64,000 nucleotides of DNA from Eledone cirrhosa (GCA_964016885.1 OZ024742.1:133300001-133364000), one strand, 5' to 3'. Shown: positions 38,901-53,407, counted from the stretch's first letter. The notes: generated by a model from the sequence alone, not told the origin. Made by a program: numbers and translations.

Positions 38901-39238
38901 GTGGTTCTGTCTTTGCGTGTAATCGTTTTTCACCGCTCCAATTAACGACGTATTATATTCGTGTTTTCCCGTCTTTGCCAGGGAACGTTTCCACGAACCA
39001 AAGTATCGTCTTCCTGTCTTCCTCCGGTTGCAACGTTTTTTGAAATATTCACTTCTGCATTTACAGATTGACTTTGTTAGTTTCAGAAGATCCCGTTAAG
39101 GGTGAAAGCAGCTATTCTTTGCTTAAAATTTAATATTTTATTTTAATAAATATTTGCTGTACGGTTCTTATATATTTAATATATATTTATCCTTATCGAG
39201 CCCTCTTTGGATTTTAGTCTTTGAATTTATTATTATTA
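35980..39238 (+). mobile_element. PLE family A (Hydra-type), near full-length, multiple stops and frameshifts
   Basis: N-terminal PSRKTYLKLLIQKTDAFIKRLRWRA, VHSDKTDNIY, FTLKDHKSNF, GLYRDDG, WYNPPY; endonuclease remnant to ~38050; ~1.2 kb 3' UTR; ends in (TA)n. Confidence 0.95.
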
Positions 39239-39345
<107 letters not shown>

Positions 39346-40094
39346 GTATATATATATATATATATATATCATGCGTCTGCGGTAAGATGCAACGGGAGTA
39401 CTCAATGCATGTTATGATGCAGAGTGTGTATATTAATCAGGTAAATATCCGATCATAAGCTCGAGGTTTAAGCATTAAAACTCTCCAAGCGTCTTCATGT
39501 TGCAATCTACAATTTTGGAGAGCTTAGAAACTGAAATCACCCGAGGTCACAGTAGTTTCATAGGTGATTAATATCGATGTATGTTCGTGTGTGTGTGTGG
39601 GGGGGGGGGCGTGTGTGTATATGGGGGGGGGTGTATGTATGTATGTCTGTATGTGTGTGTGTATGCGTGTGAGCGTGTGTATGTTTTCATATGAGTGATT
39701 GCATGAAATGCGTGTGGCCAAATATAATTAACAAGAGCCCATGCCCCCTCCCCCCGTCTTTTCGTCTGTGGCCCTAGTTTCCTTGCTTTCTCCCTCCTTT
39801 TCCCTCTCATTTAAAGTCATGTCCTCTACTTTCCTCTACTTTCCCATAGTGCCAGATCTGACCATCTTTTCCTTTTCCCCATTTTCTCATTACTTAATTT
39901 TTACTTTTATCTTTCTTTATCATTATTATGTATTGGTCAATGGTTTATAAGTCAAATTGTTGATATATGTAAGATTATTTAATCAACTGTGAAGCCATAC
40001 ATTTATTTTTGTGAAAATAGGGTAAATTACCCTCGAACAAGAAGAAAGTGGTTAGAATATTTTCTCTGTTATGATTTTTGATCGATTATTATTT

Positions 40095-40287
40095 GCGGTG
40101 GATTGGCAGTATTGATAGAGGGTCGGATGCCATGCTTTGAAGCATCGAGTTACCTCCCTGTATGATCTGAGTTCAAATCCCGCCGAGGTTAACTTTGCCT
40201 TTCATCCTTCCGGGGTCGATAGAATAATGTACCAGAAATGCATTGGGTAATTAGTGGCCTTGTGCCAAAAGTAGAAACAATTATTAT
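40095..40287 (+). mobile_element. SINE family 1
   Basis: GCGGTGGATTGGCAGTATTG...GAGTTCAAATCCCGCCGAGGTTAACTTTGCCTTTCATCC...GTAGAAACAATTATT. Confidence 0.9.
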
Positions 40288-41220
40288 AGACATTTGCGTG
40301 GTGAAACCTCCACACATACAGACAAACAGACTCATACACAGAAACATACGCACGCCTACCCCCCCCCCTCCCATCCCGACACACACACATATATATATAT
40401 ATACAGGTTAACTTTATTTTACCTACGGATAATAAAAATTGATCCGTCTGGATTGCCAAGAGTGGATCGATGAGCTCATGAATAATATCGAACTATTTTG
40501 CATGGTTCTATTCCTGTGACTTATGCCGGTTGGTGTTGTCCGTAAAATTTGCTAAGCGATTCTTTTGTCAGACAGTCTAAGCACATGCCCGTAATATCAG
40601 AGCTGCGATTTGTCAATTTGAAGAAGTAGTGGCTCCAACATGAGGGAATCTCTGATCTCCTTGCTCTGCACTCTATCTTTCAGTTGGATTCTAATGTACC
40701 TTCCATATTTACATAGATTCAATAGATTCAGTGACTATACATTGTATGTTTTTTGTTAACGTAGAACTTATCACGGAAAGTTTGCTGAGTTCAACAAAAA
40801 AGTTTGCTCCTGTGTGACTAATACATAGTGATAGACTTCTATTTGATATTAATTCCTGTGTTAGTACACTGTCTTGTCTACACATATATAACGATAAAAC
40901 TACAGAATGCGATATAATAATTCTACCACTTGTTTCGTATCAGATCATCTCGATCATCAAGGCTATATATTTAAATTATACATCGACTGTCATTTTAACA
41001 ATGCTCGTGATAAGTTAATGAGATATATTGTCCACAATTACACTAGACAAAACCACATAATGTAATTATATTTGAAACGCTTCAGTTTCATTGATGTTTA
41101 TATTGTAGAAGTAAGTGCAACCTCAAATTTACGTCATATGCAATTCCACTAGAATCAATCCTACCAAACACTACAGCCATGACGAATATGCGCATACATA
41201 GATACACACACAAGCACACA

Positions 41221-41315
<95 letters not shown>

Positions 41316-41344
41316 TGCAAGCCTACTGCTCTAACCACTAGGCC

Positions 41345-41610
41345 CATGGCCTAGTAGTTAGAGCAGTAGGCTTGCAATCGAAAGGATGTGAGTTCAATTC
41401 TCGGACCGGGTGATGTGTTGTTTCCTTGAGAAAGACACTTTATTTCACGTTGCTCCAGTTTACTCAGTTGAAAAATGAGTACCAGCAATAGCTGGAGGTT
41501 TAACACTGCGATGGACTGGCGTCCTGTCGCTTCATGCTATGAAACCGGGATAAGCACCGGCCAAATGAGCCTTCTGGTTTAAGACATGCTTTAGACTTAC
41601 GGCCTGCCCG
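41345..41610 (+). mobile_element. tRNA-derived SINE family 2, with inverted duplication of its head (41314-41378)
   Basis: A-box TGGCCTAGTAG, B-box GAGTTCAATTC, CORE-like TGTTTCCTTGAGAAAGACACTT, then CTGCGATGGACTGGCGTCCTGTC; relatives at 3985-4213 and about 54640-54790. Confidence 0.85.
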
Positions 41611-41721
41611 CCCATCCAGTGGGATGACGTCATCGTATGGCTAAAACAGCACACGCTGTGACCAGCGGCGCCGAATGGAGCTCGACTGACTAGTCGGTCA
41701 AGGTGATATAAATATATATAT

Positions 41722-41832
41722 ATAATTGTTTCTACATTTGGCACAAGGCCAGCAATTATCCCAATGTATTACTGGTACTTTATTTTATCGACCTTGTAAG
41801 GATGAAAGGCAAAGATAACCTCGGCGGGATTT
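41722..41832 (-). mobile_element. SINE family 1, head-truncated
   Basis: ATAATTGTTTCTACATTTGGCACAAGGCCAGC...CCTCGGCGGGATTT. Confidence 0.88.
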
Positions 41833-42193
41833 ATGAATATGGGTGTGTGTATAAACTGATAATATTGTCCCGTACTCCCCTATAGCCGAGTCAACCAGAC
41901 GTGTGGTAACTGCTTTTTCTAGCAAATATGACACTCGCTTATTATCGACCTTTACTACCCTTCTGTGACCACAGTCTCAAGTGTTAATTTCCCCCTTCAC
42001 CTCCCGAGAATTTCTCACTTGTTATGAACGCGTCAAGCAACAGTCCTTTTTGATGGGTCTCATGATAAACTTTATCAACCTCACAGTGATGGTGCACATC
42101 TATAGCGCACAAATTGCTGAAAATGGATTCGGCGAAACTGCAAACGGGACTTTGAAGAAAGAAATATGTATTTTGTTGTCTATTATTTCCTCG

Positions 42194-42231
<38 letters not shown>

Positions 42232-43234
42232 TATTAGATATTTGTGCGTGTGTGTGTATTTGTCCGCGAAAGTGATGGACAGATTAATAAATTATAATTA
42301 TATTGATTGTGATTTTATAGGTAAATAGATAGGCAGATAGTGTAGAAGAAGATAAAAAGTGTATTACGATATATCTATATATAAATGTATATAAGCATGT
42401 ATATGTGTGTATCTGTTCCTGCGAGCGCAATGTGGTCGCTACTCCGCCGAACTTTTAAGATTGGCAGGATGCAATCTTTAGGCCTTTGTCAAATCGACTT
42501 TCACTGAAAATTATGTTTAAATTATATGCTATTCCAGTTTGAATAAACGCTGCTCAATCGTGGCTAGGTCGCAGTACTAAAATTTGGCACACCAGAAACT
42601 TGTTGACCGTCATTAATTGTGGATGATTAAAATGATTTCTTGCTCTGAAGAGAAAGAAGCAATTTGTATTATGCTGGCATAGTTATGTTAATTCACTTTG
42701 ATCTCAATGAGAGGTTGTCGGTAATTTTTTTCTCGATTATAGAGAGTGGAATGAAATGATGTTTCTGAAATTAATGGCGATTTATATTTCGGCTTCTTAA
42801 CGATATAAGTATTCTTTAGGATTCTTTTGTATCTCTTCTCAATCAATGAGTACAGACTTAATGTGACGTGGCTAGACTGTATTGTGACTAGGAATGATAA
42901 TGCATGAATGAAGTGTAAGATTGAGAATTGTTGGACGTCCTGTCTAATGAGAGATTGATGATGAAATGAATAAGTTTAAAGGAAAAATAAGAACAATCTC
43001 TCAACTAGGCAAAAATTGAAATTGTCTCAGATTGAAGGTGTACCATGAGCCCGATACAGCAGGGAGTTACGGATCCAAGTCTTCATGGACAGAATAATCC
43101 CCCGGTCAGGTAGTTGCGAGTAGTGGTATATATACCAATCACGTTCGCATGCTTTACAGGTCGTGCCTAGCAAAATTGTTATCTGTGGGGAGTAACATAT
43201 GTGATCTTTAGTAGATTTTTTTTTTCAGGCAGAA

Positions 43235-43268
<34 letters not shown>

Positions 43269-43699
43269 ATGTGTATATGTGTGTGCGTGTATGTGTGTGC
43301 GTGTGTGCTAATGTGTGTATGTGTGCGTGAGTGTGTATGTGTGTGTTTGTGTGTGTGTGTTTGTGTGTGTATGTATGTATATATGTATGTATGCATGTGT
43401 ACCTAGAGAGAGTGACAGACACGGAGACGGTGATATTCACTGGCAAATCTATTGCGATCTAGCTGTTGAAACGGCAGCAGTTCAGCTGTCGGCGTGCCGA
43501 ATTTATCATAGAAGTATATATATATATATACTCATATATATATATATATATATATTACAGAGTTAAACAAGTTTCAATGAGTATATCAAAGAATGAGTTT
43601 TACAGTAGATTGGAAGCACTCTACGGGAATAGTTTTCCAGAGTTATTAATATTAAAATACAAATATTAATAAAATAATAAAACGAATAAATAAAATATC

Positions 43700-46040
43700 A
43701 GCCAATAAAGCTATATTCCATGAAAACGCTGAATACTACAACAACGCGTTAAAAAGAGCAGGATATATGAATAATATAGAATATGTAGATAATAATAATC
43801 CAAGTATTAATCTTAATAAAAATAATAACATATATAAGATAAACTTTAATAATTATAATTCAAACACCCATACGCCAAATAAATCGAGGATAAGAACTAG
43901 AACTAAATCAGTCATATGGTTCTCTCCCCCTGCTTCGGTCGCTGTTAAAACACCAATTGCAAAATTATTCTTTAACGCTTTGGACACCTCTTTCCCTACT
44001 CAACATAAATACCATTCCATTTTTAATAGACATACCATTAAATTCTCGTATTCTACAACTATGAATATGGCCCAAAACATTGCCAAATTAAACAATAAAT
44101 CCTGAAACAAAGCCAGCATAATGATCTTAATAATAGAGTTAACATAAATGATACTAAACGAAAATGTAATTGTAGATATAAAACTGATTGCCCTTTGCAA
44201 AATAATTTCTAGATAGTAATTTGGTTTATAAATGCACCGTAAAAACTGATCACAACACATACAACTACATAGGATCGACTTCTACATTTAAAGCCAGATT
44301 TGCGAACCATAAATGCTCTTTCTCGAACTCCAAGAGGAAATCATCCACGTCTTTATCACAGCGCATATGGTCATTAAAAGAGAGGAATTTAAAATACTCC
44401 GTTCTTTGGACTAAACTTCGGAACTGTGGAGTTTACCGCAACTCTAGTATATCAAATAACTGCGCGCTCTGTACAATAGAGACTCTAATTAACAAAAAAA
44501 GTGAATTATTCTCTAGTTGCCTCCTACGTCCACATGCTTAGCCTCCCACAAAACGAGAAAAAAAGAGAGAGTAACACTTATTAACAAAAAACTTAGTTGT
44601 CAGACGTATATAATCAACAAGGAAAACATTAATGGCCTTTAATATTGCATTATCTTATAACTATCTATAGAAGAAATAACGCTCGAATGAAAGACACTTG
44701 TTCAATAACATGCCGGCACATTGATATACATAACATAATATTATTAACTTTGATCCATACCATTATTTCTTTATTTCCCTATATTTATCTTCCTATCTAA
44801 GTTTTAAATTTTAGTTTAATACCTATACATTTTTACTGAACTTATTTCTAACTGTGAATCTTTCATGTGTTTTTGATCTCTTATTTATAATATGTATGTA
44901 ATTATATTTTCTACGTTTTTTATATATACCTACTGCATTTTTATATCCATGATTCAAATATAGAGCAAATATATAAACTATAAATTATTATAGACCTTAT
45001 TTTGAACTCTGAATTATCCATGCATTTATTATTGCTTTTCTTATATATATATATATATATATATATGTATTTAACTATAACACGTTCGAACTTTATTATA
45101 TAAAATTATAACCGTTACCGATAAAGTATACTGTATCAATAATACCTAATTTATATCCATATATACCTCCCTGTATATTTCTATACATAATTCTTAGTTA
45201 ACTTCTAAATGTCTTGATTATTATTTATTTCGAACTATGAATAATTAATGCATTTACACCCTGTTATATATAGGTATATATTTAACTTTAGCATGCCTCA
45301 ATCTATTATTTTATTTTTATTTTCGTTATCATTTTCCTAAAATATACTGGCTCATTAATATATATCTATATACATAATCATTATTTAAATATTTCTAACA
45401 ATATGTAGTTCATAAGATTTACATACCATATATGTTGACAATGACTATCTCCGGTAATGTTTACATTTAGGAAATATTAAACAGTGCAAACTTTCCTTTC
45501 CGCTGGCCAGCTAAATCCTTTAAAATTCCGAAGTTTAGAAATGTTAACACACTTATAGAATTTACAAAACTAATAAATATAAATAACCAGCAATTTAAAA
45601 AAAAAAAAAAAAAATCTTGATTCTTCATCCTAAAATAGCATAAATTTTCAAAATTAACCGTTTAACTTTCGGAAAATCTCCTTCTACATATATTTCCCTC
45701 TCTATATATCCTATTCCAGTGGCCCTCATTGAATGTTTTCCCTGATAAACATAAATTGTAGTATCATACAATTTAAAATCTCTATAACTGTTACATTAAG
45801 CGACGTTTTCCTTACTCACACATTCTCTATTGAATGCATTACGTTTTAGCATTTTCTCATTATTAGGGTATAAATGTTAAACTTTCTCTTAGGTTAGTCA
45901 CTACCTTGATACAATCTTAACCATTTAACATCTCAGGGTATGTCATGTATCATTATATTTTGTCTGGTGAGACATCCGAAATATGTATAATAAAATGTAA
46001 TTGATCAAAAGAACATCTATGTTATTAATATTTGTATTTT
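43700..46040 (+). mobile_element. Decayed AT-rich Hydra-type PLE 3' half with a long UTR and terminal HHR
   Basis: FHENAEYYNNALKRAGY, VIWFSPP, IFNRHTIKFSYS, CNCRYKTDCPL, VYKC..YIGST..FKARFANH; HHR-like motif at 45956-45997, then (TA)n. Confidence 0.85.
45956..45997 (+). ncRNA. Minimal hammerhead with A6G core change (probably inactive)
   Basis: TATTTTGT-CTGGTGA-gacatcc-GAAA-TATGTA-TA-ATAAAATG; overlapping AATAAA. Confidence 0.65.
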
Positions 46041-46059
46041 TATATATATATATATATAA

Positions 46060-46732
<673 letters not shown>

Positions 46733-46784
46733 AAAGAATGAAATTTCATTTCTCACTCTTAGTACGGCTGATACTTAAATATAA

Positions 46785-47297
46785 GTATGTATACGTACAT
46801 ATATTATATGCATACAGACGTACAGTAGTATGTATATACATACATACATGCATATATATATATATATGTACGTATGGGTTTACCGAACATTTATTATAAT
46901 GCTCGGTTTTTTCCATTTATCGTTTTCTGTACGCCCGGCCGACTAACTCACTCGATATGCAAATTAGGCTGATCAGCCTCTAATATGCATTAGGAAAGTA
47001 TATACTTTCAAACGTTCAATCGACTGACAGGAAGGTACACGGTGATGATGACAGCTAATAAGCTAGAAACTAGTTCATCGTTCCGTTGTCAATGTTGAAC
47101 AAAAGGGCAACGATGGTTGCCGAATACTGTACGGCTAATAATTCTGGGTGTTTGTTTACAAACAAACCGAGAATTACAATAAATGTTCTGTAATCCCATA
47201 CGTACATATATATATATATATATACATATATATATGTATGTATGTATATACATACTACTGTACGTCTGTATACATATATGGATGTACGTATACATAC
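46785..47297. mobile_element. MITE-like element with ~125-bp imperfect terminal inverted repeats; partial second copy at 51160-51540
   Basis: GTATGTATACGTACAT...ATACAGACGTACAGTAGTATG...AACATTTATT.TAAT.CTCGGTTT mirrored at 47163-47297; internal GCCCGGCCGACT..CACTCGATATGCAAATTAG recurs at 51161. Confidence 0.75.
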
Positions 47298-47370
47298 TCA
47301 TGTATATATATATAGTTTCAGCTCGTAATGGACACGGTTATACGGAACAGGCTGTTCCGTATAACCATTT

Positions 47371-47420
47371 CCATGACGAGCTGAGGATCCGCTAAGGTGA
47401 AACAATTGTTCTCGGTATGG
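47371..47420 (+). ncRNA. Minimal type-I hammerhead ribozyme in a ~200 bp insert (47316-47512); 3' end fragment also at 61401-61468 (-)
   Basis: CCATgaCGAG-CTGAGGA-[tCC gctaa GGt]-GAAA-CAATTG-TT-CTCGgtATGG; palindromic loop 3. Confidence 0.85.
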
Positions 47421-47563
47421 TGAACTAACTGTTGTGTAACCATTTCTACCTAACTTGCCCCATGGACTGACTGCTCTACCACTGCGTATATTACCTTCCA
47501 GTGTTCTACCACTATATATATATAGATATATATATAAATGTATACGGTATATAAATATATACG

Positions 47564-47620
<57 letters not shown>

Positions 47621-47971
47621 TAAAAAAATTCTTCGCGACAATCCTGGCCTGACTGTAATACCGACCTTTCCTCCTCTTTCTTTCTGTCTTTCTTCTCGTA
47701 GCTGACATTAACCCTGGCTTCTCTTCTTCCTTCCCACTTCTTCTCTCTTCTTCCTTTCTTTCTTTTTTCTTTTGGAATGAGATTAACGCTAACTTATGTT
47801 CCCACCCCTTTCTGTTTTCCTTTATCTGACCGCTAGTAGAACACTGTAAGCTTTAGCCACGTCACTCGAGGGCGACCGGCAAAAGTAGAAGGTGCTGAAT
47901 AGCGGTCGCCCTCGGGTCCTCGTTTTCAGCCCCATGGATTTTATCTATTACATTCACGTATTATATTTCGA

Positions 47972-48029
47972 ATACCTGATGATATCACCGGATTCATACG
48001 GAACCCGGTCATTGAAATGATCATAGTAT
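47972..48029 (+). ncRNA. Minimal type-I hammerhead ribozyme in a ~600 bp insert (47617-48223)
   Basis: ATAC-CTGATGA-[tATcACCGGaTTC atacg GAAcCCGGTcATt]-GAAA-TGATCA-TA-GTAT-AATAAA; last ~105 bp of the insert recur at 20950-21055. Confidence 0.9.
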
Positions 48030-48219
48030 AATAAACCTTTCAAGGATTTACACAAATCCAGCCCCTGTCATTTCATTATAATATTTAACTCCGTAATAGC
48101 ACCACCACCTACAAAAACAAAGACGGTTGAACTGCTTTACGTTGAGTACTCTCTCTATTATTACATTGCGATTGACCATACGGATTTAACCAGCTCTATC
48201 CAGTGGTGAACCTCAAACC

Positions 48220-48284
<65 letters not shown>

Positions 48285-48287
48285 ATT

Positions 48288-48410
<123 letters not shown>

Positions 48411-48413
48411 ATT

Positions 48414-48719
<306 letters not shown>

Positions 48720-48720
48720 T

Positions 48721-48789
<69 letters not shown>

Positions 48790-48861
48790 AGAGAGAGAGA
48801 GAGATAGATAGATAGATGGATATAAAAATATGTATTTTAGATATGTATATATATATTTTTT

Positions 48862-48893
<32 letters not shown>

Positions 48894-49665
48894 TATATTT
48901 ATATATATATATGTGTGTGTGTTTGTGCATATAAGTATGTACGTATGCGTGTGTACTAAAAGAGGCAGAGAGAGAGAGAGGGGGATATAGAGAGAGCGAG
49001 AGAGAGAGGGAGAGAGAGTGACAGAGGCAGAGATATTGATAATTCTGTACTTTTTATCTAAATATTTGCATATGTGCGTTTCAAAATTGCTGTTTTTATC
49101 GTTTTTCTTGTTCAATATCTTTTGTATCTTTTTTTTTTTTTTACATTTCAGAAATTATGTACAAAGAAAGTTCTCAGAAAGAAAATGCAAGTGAAATGAA
49201 AAAATCAATATAACTTCAACTAAACTGTTTATATTTTCTTAGTTACGTCCTAACAAACACAAATTCAACATAAGAAGAATATATTTATTTGATTCATTCA
49301 TGGATTGAAGAATGTTTTGAATTGAATGTTTCATGTAAGGAAAAAAAAAAAAACAGGATAGAAAAACCGTCGGACAAATAATAAAAACATAAAAAATACA
49401 AATAGAAGCAACTTCAGACATACAATTTACAGTAATGAAAATAAAATTTCAAAAATACATGCATCTGCATACAATCACTGATGTCTCACTAATAACTAGC
49501 CAAATCAAATACAAGAAGCCTACAAGTAAAGTGCGCTGAGCAAGACGCAAATAATTGAAATTCAATTTATTGAAATCGTTTGACCCATTCGGTTCGCTAT
49601 TCGGAATATCTAATAGATATAGAAATAGCATATTACATTACTTCCCATGAGTGTATGTATCTGAT

Positions 49666-49717
<52 letters not shown>

Positions 49718-50219
49718 CAGATACATACACTCATGGTGTGCGTCTGTATGTGTGAATCTATAAATGAGTTGAATGTATATATGTGTGTTTTTGAAGTCCT
49801 GAACATTTATCGAAAACATAGTGATTGGGATATGCTTGTTTATATAATTTATTTATATGTGTGTATATCCATTTATTTAAATGTCTTTGAAGAATGTTAA
49901 GAATTTCACAACACAATTCAATACATGAAATATTTTCAATATTTTATATGGTGGTAAAAAGGAAAAAAAACTTTCAAGAATATTTCTATTCATGTCCTAA
50001 CATAAAAATATATATGGACTCATACACACACACAAATACACAGACTCATACATATACACGCGCGCAAACACACACACACACGCACACACATGTATATATG
50101 TACATAAGCATAGAGAGATATAGCTAACTATACATATATACACACCCACACAAACACCCAACCACACACATGCACACACACATATTACACACACACTCAC
50201 GCACACACACACATACAGC

Positions 50220-50337
<118 letters not shown>

Positions 50338-51537
50338 ACTGTATATTAGAACCTGTGTATAGGAATGATGATCGGAAGTTCTGATAAAGTTAAAAGCTTC
50401 ACCGAATTTTATTTTACAACAGAAATATGGTGTAAATTGGGAAAATATGCTCATTTACCGGGGCTCGAACTTCCATTTTTATGAATGTCGGGCAGAAACT
50501 GTCCTATTATACAGGGGAGTCCTTTATATTAATGCTATATATACATACCTGGAAGTAAATAAAAGAATTAGAGATTTGAAATTCACGAGAAAGTTAGAAG
50601 CTTCATCGATTTTTATTTTCCCGTAGAAATATTGTCTAATATCAAATATAACCCTACTATAAGTGAAAATATATTGGCATGGCATCAGCATGATTCGAAG
50701 CCACACCTCAACACATATTGTAATCATATTTATTTTGTTAAGTGTTTTTGACTAAAGAACTGATGGAATATCTGTAAGGGAAACTATAAAAACATTGCCC
50801 CCTACGATATTTCCCAAGTGAGTCTCCACTGATCTTAATGTTTTACTTCAGAAAAAAACAATTGAATTCAATCGGCGTACCACTTTTCTTTAAGAACTCA
50901 TTGATTTTCTTCCCTAGATTATCCTTTATGTGAAGACACCGTGACACAATATACCATAACCGCCTACGTCGTTAAATTTTGTGAAGATGATAAATATCCA
51001 TATATATGTATTTATATATGGATATTTATCCCCTTTACTTGTGCCGAGACTAGGTAGGTGACGTTTGTCACTACCTTAAATCTCATAGCGAATGGTCTTC
51101 AGAATGTTTTTTAAATAAACATACAGTATATTATTAAATATACAATACGTACATTCATATGCCCGGCCGACTGAACTCACTCGATATGCAAATTAGACTG
51201 CTCAGCCGTTAATATGCTTAAGGAAAGTATATACTTTCAGACGTTCAACCATCTGGCAGGAAGGTATACGATGTTGACGATAGCTAATAAGCTTGAAACT
51301 AGTACATCGTTCCTGTGTCAGTGTTGAACAAAAAGGTGACGTGTTTGCCTAAACACTGTACGGCGTAATTCGGGCTGTTTGGTTATTTACAAACAAACAA
51401 ACCGAGCATTATAATAAATGTTCGGTAAACAGATACGTGCATATATATATATATATATGTGTGCATGTATGTATATATATACATACTATTCTACGTCTGT
51501 ATACATATGTGTATGTACGTATACATACATACATACT

Positions 51538-51630
<93 letters not shown>

Positions 51631-51664
51631 CATACATATACACATATATGTATATATATATATA

Positions 51665-52329
51665 GAAAGGATAAAAGGACGATTGATTATTCCTTCATTG
51701 CATTTATTCATAGGTGACGCGCGTTTCGCCACTGATCAGCTCAAGGTTCGATCTATATCGATCCTACCCGACTCAATAATCCGTAGCTCGACGGACCTTC
51801 TTAAAATGCTATGAGAAAATGAAATACATGCTATGTAATAAAGTCAGGTATTCAAGAGTTTGACAAAATGAGTTGTTTTGATTGGTGGGAAGGGTCAAGG
51901 CGATGTACTGGCCAGTAGTGTATATGGGGGTCCCCAACATCTCACCATCACCAACATCTCACCATCCAGCCCACCCCCATATACACTACAGGCCAGTACA
52001 TAGCCTTGACCCTTCCCACCAATCAAAACAACTCATTTTATCAAACTCTTGAATATCTGACTTTATCACATAGCATGTATTTCATTTTGTCATAGCATTT
52101 TAAGAAGGTCCGTCGAGCTGCGGATTATTGAGTCGGGTAGGATCTATATAGATCGAACCTTGAGCTGATGAGTGGCGAAACGCGCGTCACCTATCAATAA
52201 ATGCAATGAAGGAATAATCAATGGTCCTTTTATCCTTTCTATATATTACACTCTGTATAGCTCTACACGTCATCACAGAAGTGAACCTAAACATCGAGTG
52301 AACCTGCAGTAACTCCTAGTTACACCCCT

Positions 52330-52331
<2 letters not shown>
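51665..52331. mobile_element. Inverted pair of PLE terminal segments (homologous to 11440-11836)
   Basis: Arms at about 51665-51930 (-) and 51975-52241 (+); right copy continues to the same end as 11836; HHR-like core at 52165-52188. Confidence 0.9.
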
Positions 52332-52410
<79 letters not shown>

Positions 52411-53214
52411 CACATACATATATATATATAAATGTGCGGATGTGCACTTATCAATTTCCAGATTCAATATTTGTGTCTCACCTTTCCCGTCTTCAAGGTC
52501 ATTTTCTATATAAATTATGTATTTTGTATCAAATTGAAATATTTTTGTTTTAATAAATATACTATAAGTCAGAAAACCTTATTACAATAGTGGCTTTTTA
52601 TTTATTGTGAAATCCCTCCGTATGATATACTGTGAATTAATGACTTCCTTACAGATATACTATATTATTCGTATGTGCATAACAGTATTCGATTAGTATT
52701 AAAGGAAATTTCATATAACCATTGTGACTGTTTCGTTTATTTTTCGTGAAACACATTACGTTTACTGTCCATAGAAGCATACACAGATTTGAAATGACAT
52801 AATCATCACATGACCAATACTATGTTAAATATATTTATAAATATACTAACGTAACATTTATGGAGAATATATCCTCTTTGTATTTGCATTCTTAAGAATG
52901 ATGTGTGACATCCTTGCACGTATTAAACAAAAATAACAAACAGAACATTGCTAGCATTTCAATTAAGAAATGAAAGTATTTCTTACCAGCAGCGAGTGGA
53001 TTATGCACTGTAAATATACACATAATATATACAATTAAATAAAAGAATGTTCCCTGTGTAATGTAATATTCACTGAAATTAATCTAGGTTCAATTTCATC
53101 ACTAATATTGGTCAGTAAGCGCAAATTATTACTATCTTCCTTCAGCAATTTCAGTTGGAATCTTATAAATGATTCTATGAAAATTTAGCTCTGATACACT
53201 AACCGTATTAACTC

Positions 53215-53407
53215 ATAATTGTTTCTACTTTTGGCACAAGGCCAGCAATTATCCCAGTGTATTACTGGTACTTTATTTTATCGACCCCGTAAGGATGAAA
53301 GGCAAAGTTAACCTCGGAGGGATTTGAACTCAGAATGGCAAGGGGCGTAACTCTATACGTCAAAGCATGGGGTCCGACCGTCTACCGATACTGCCAATCC
53401 ACCGCCC
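53215..53407 (-). mobile_element. SINE family 1
   Basis: Full-length match to the family consensus with A and B boxes. Confidence 0.9.

Noticed and set aside
50989-51030. 17-bp-arm AT-rich palindrome
   Set aside because: Short, partly TA repeat and with no associated element; common in this composition.
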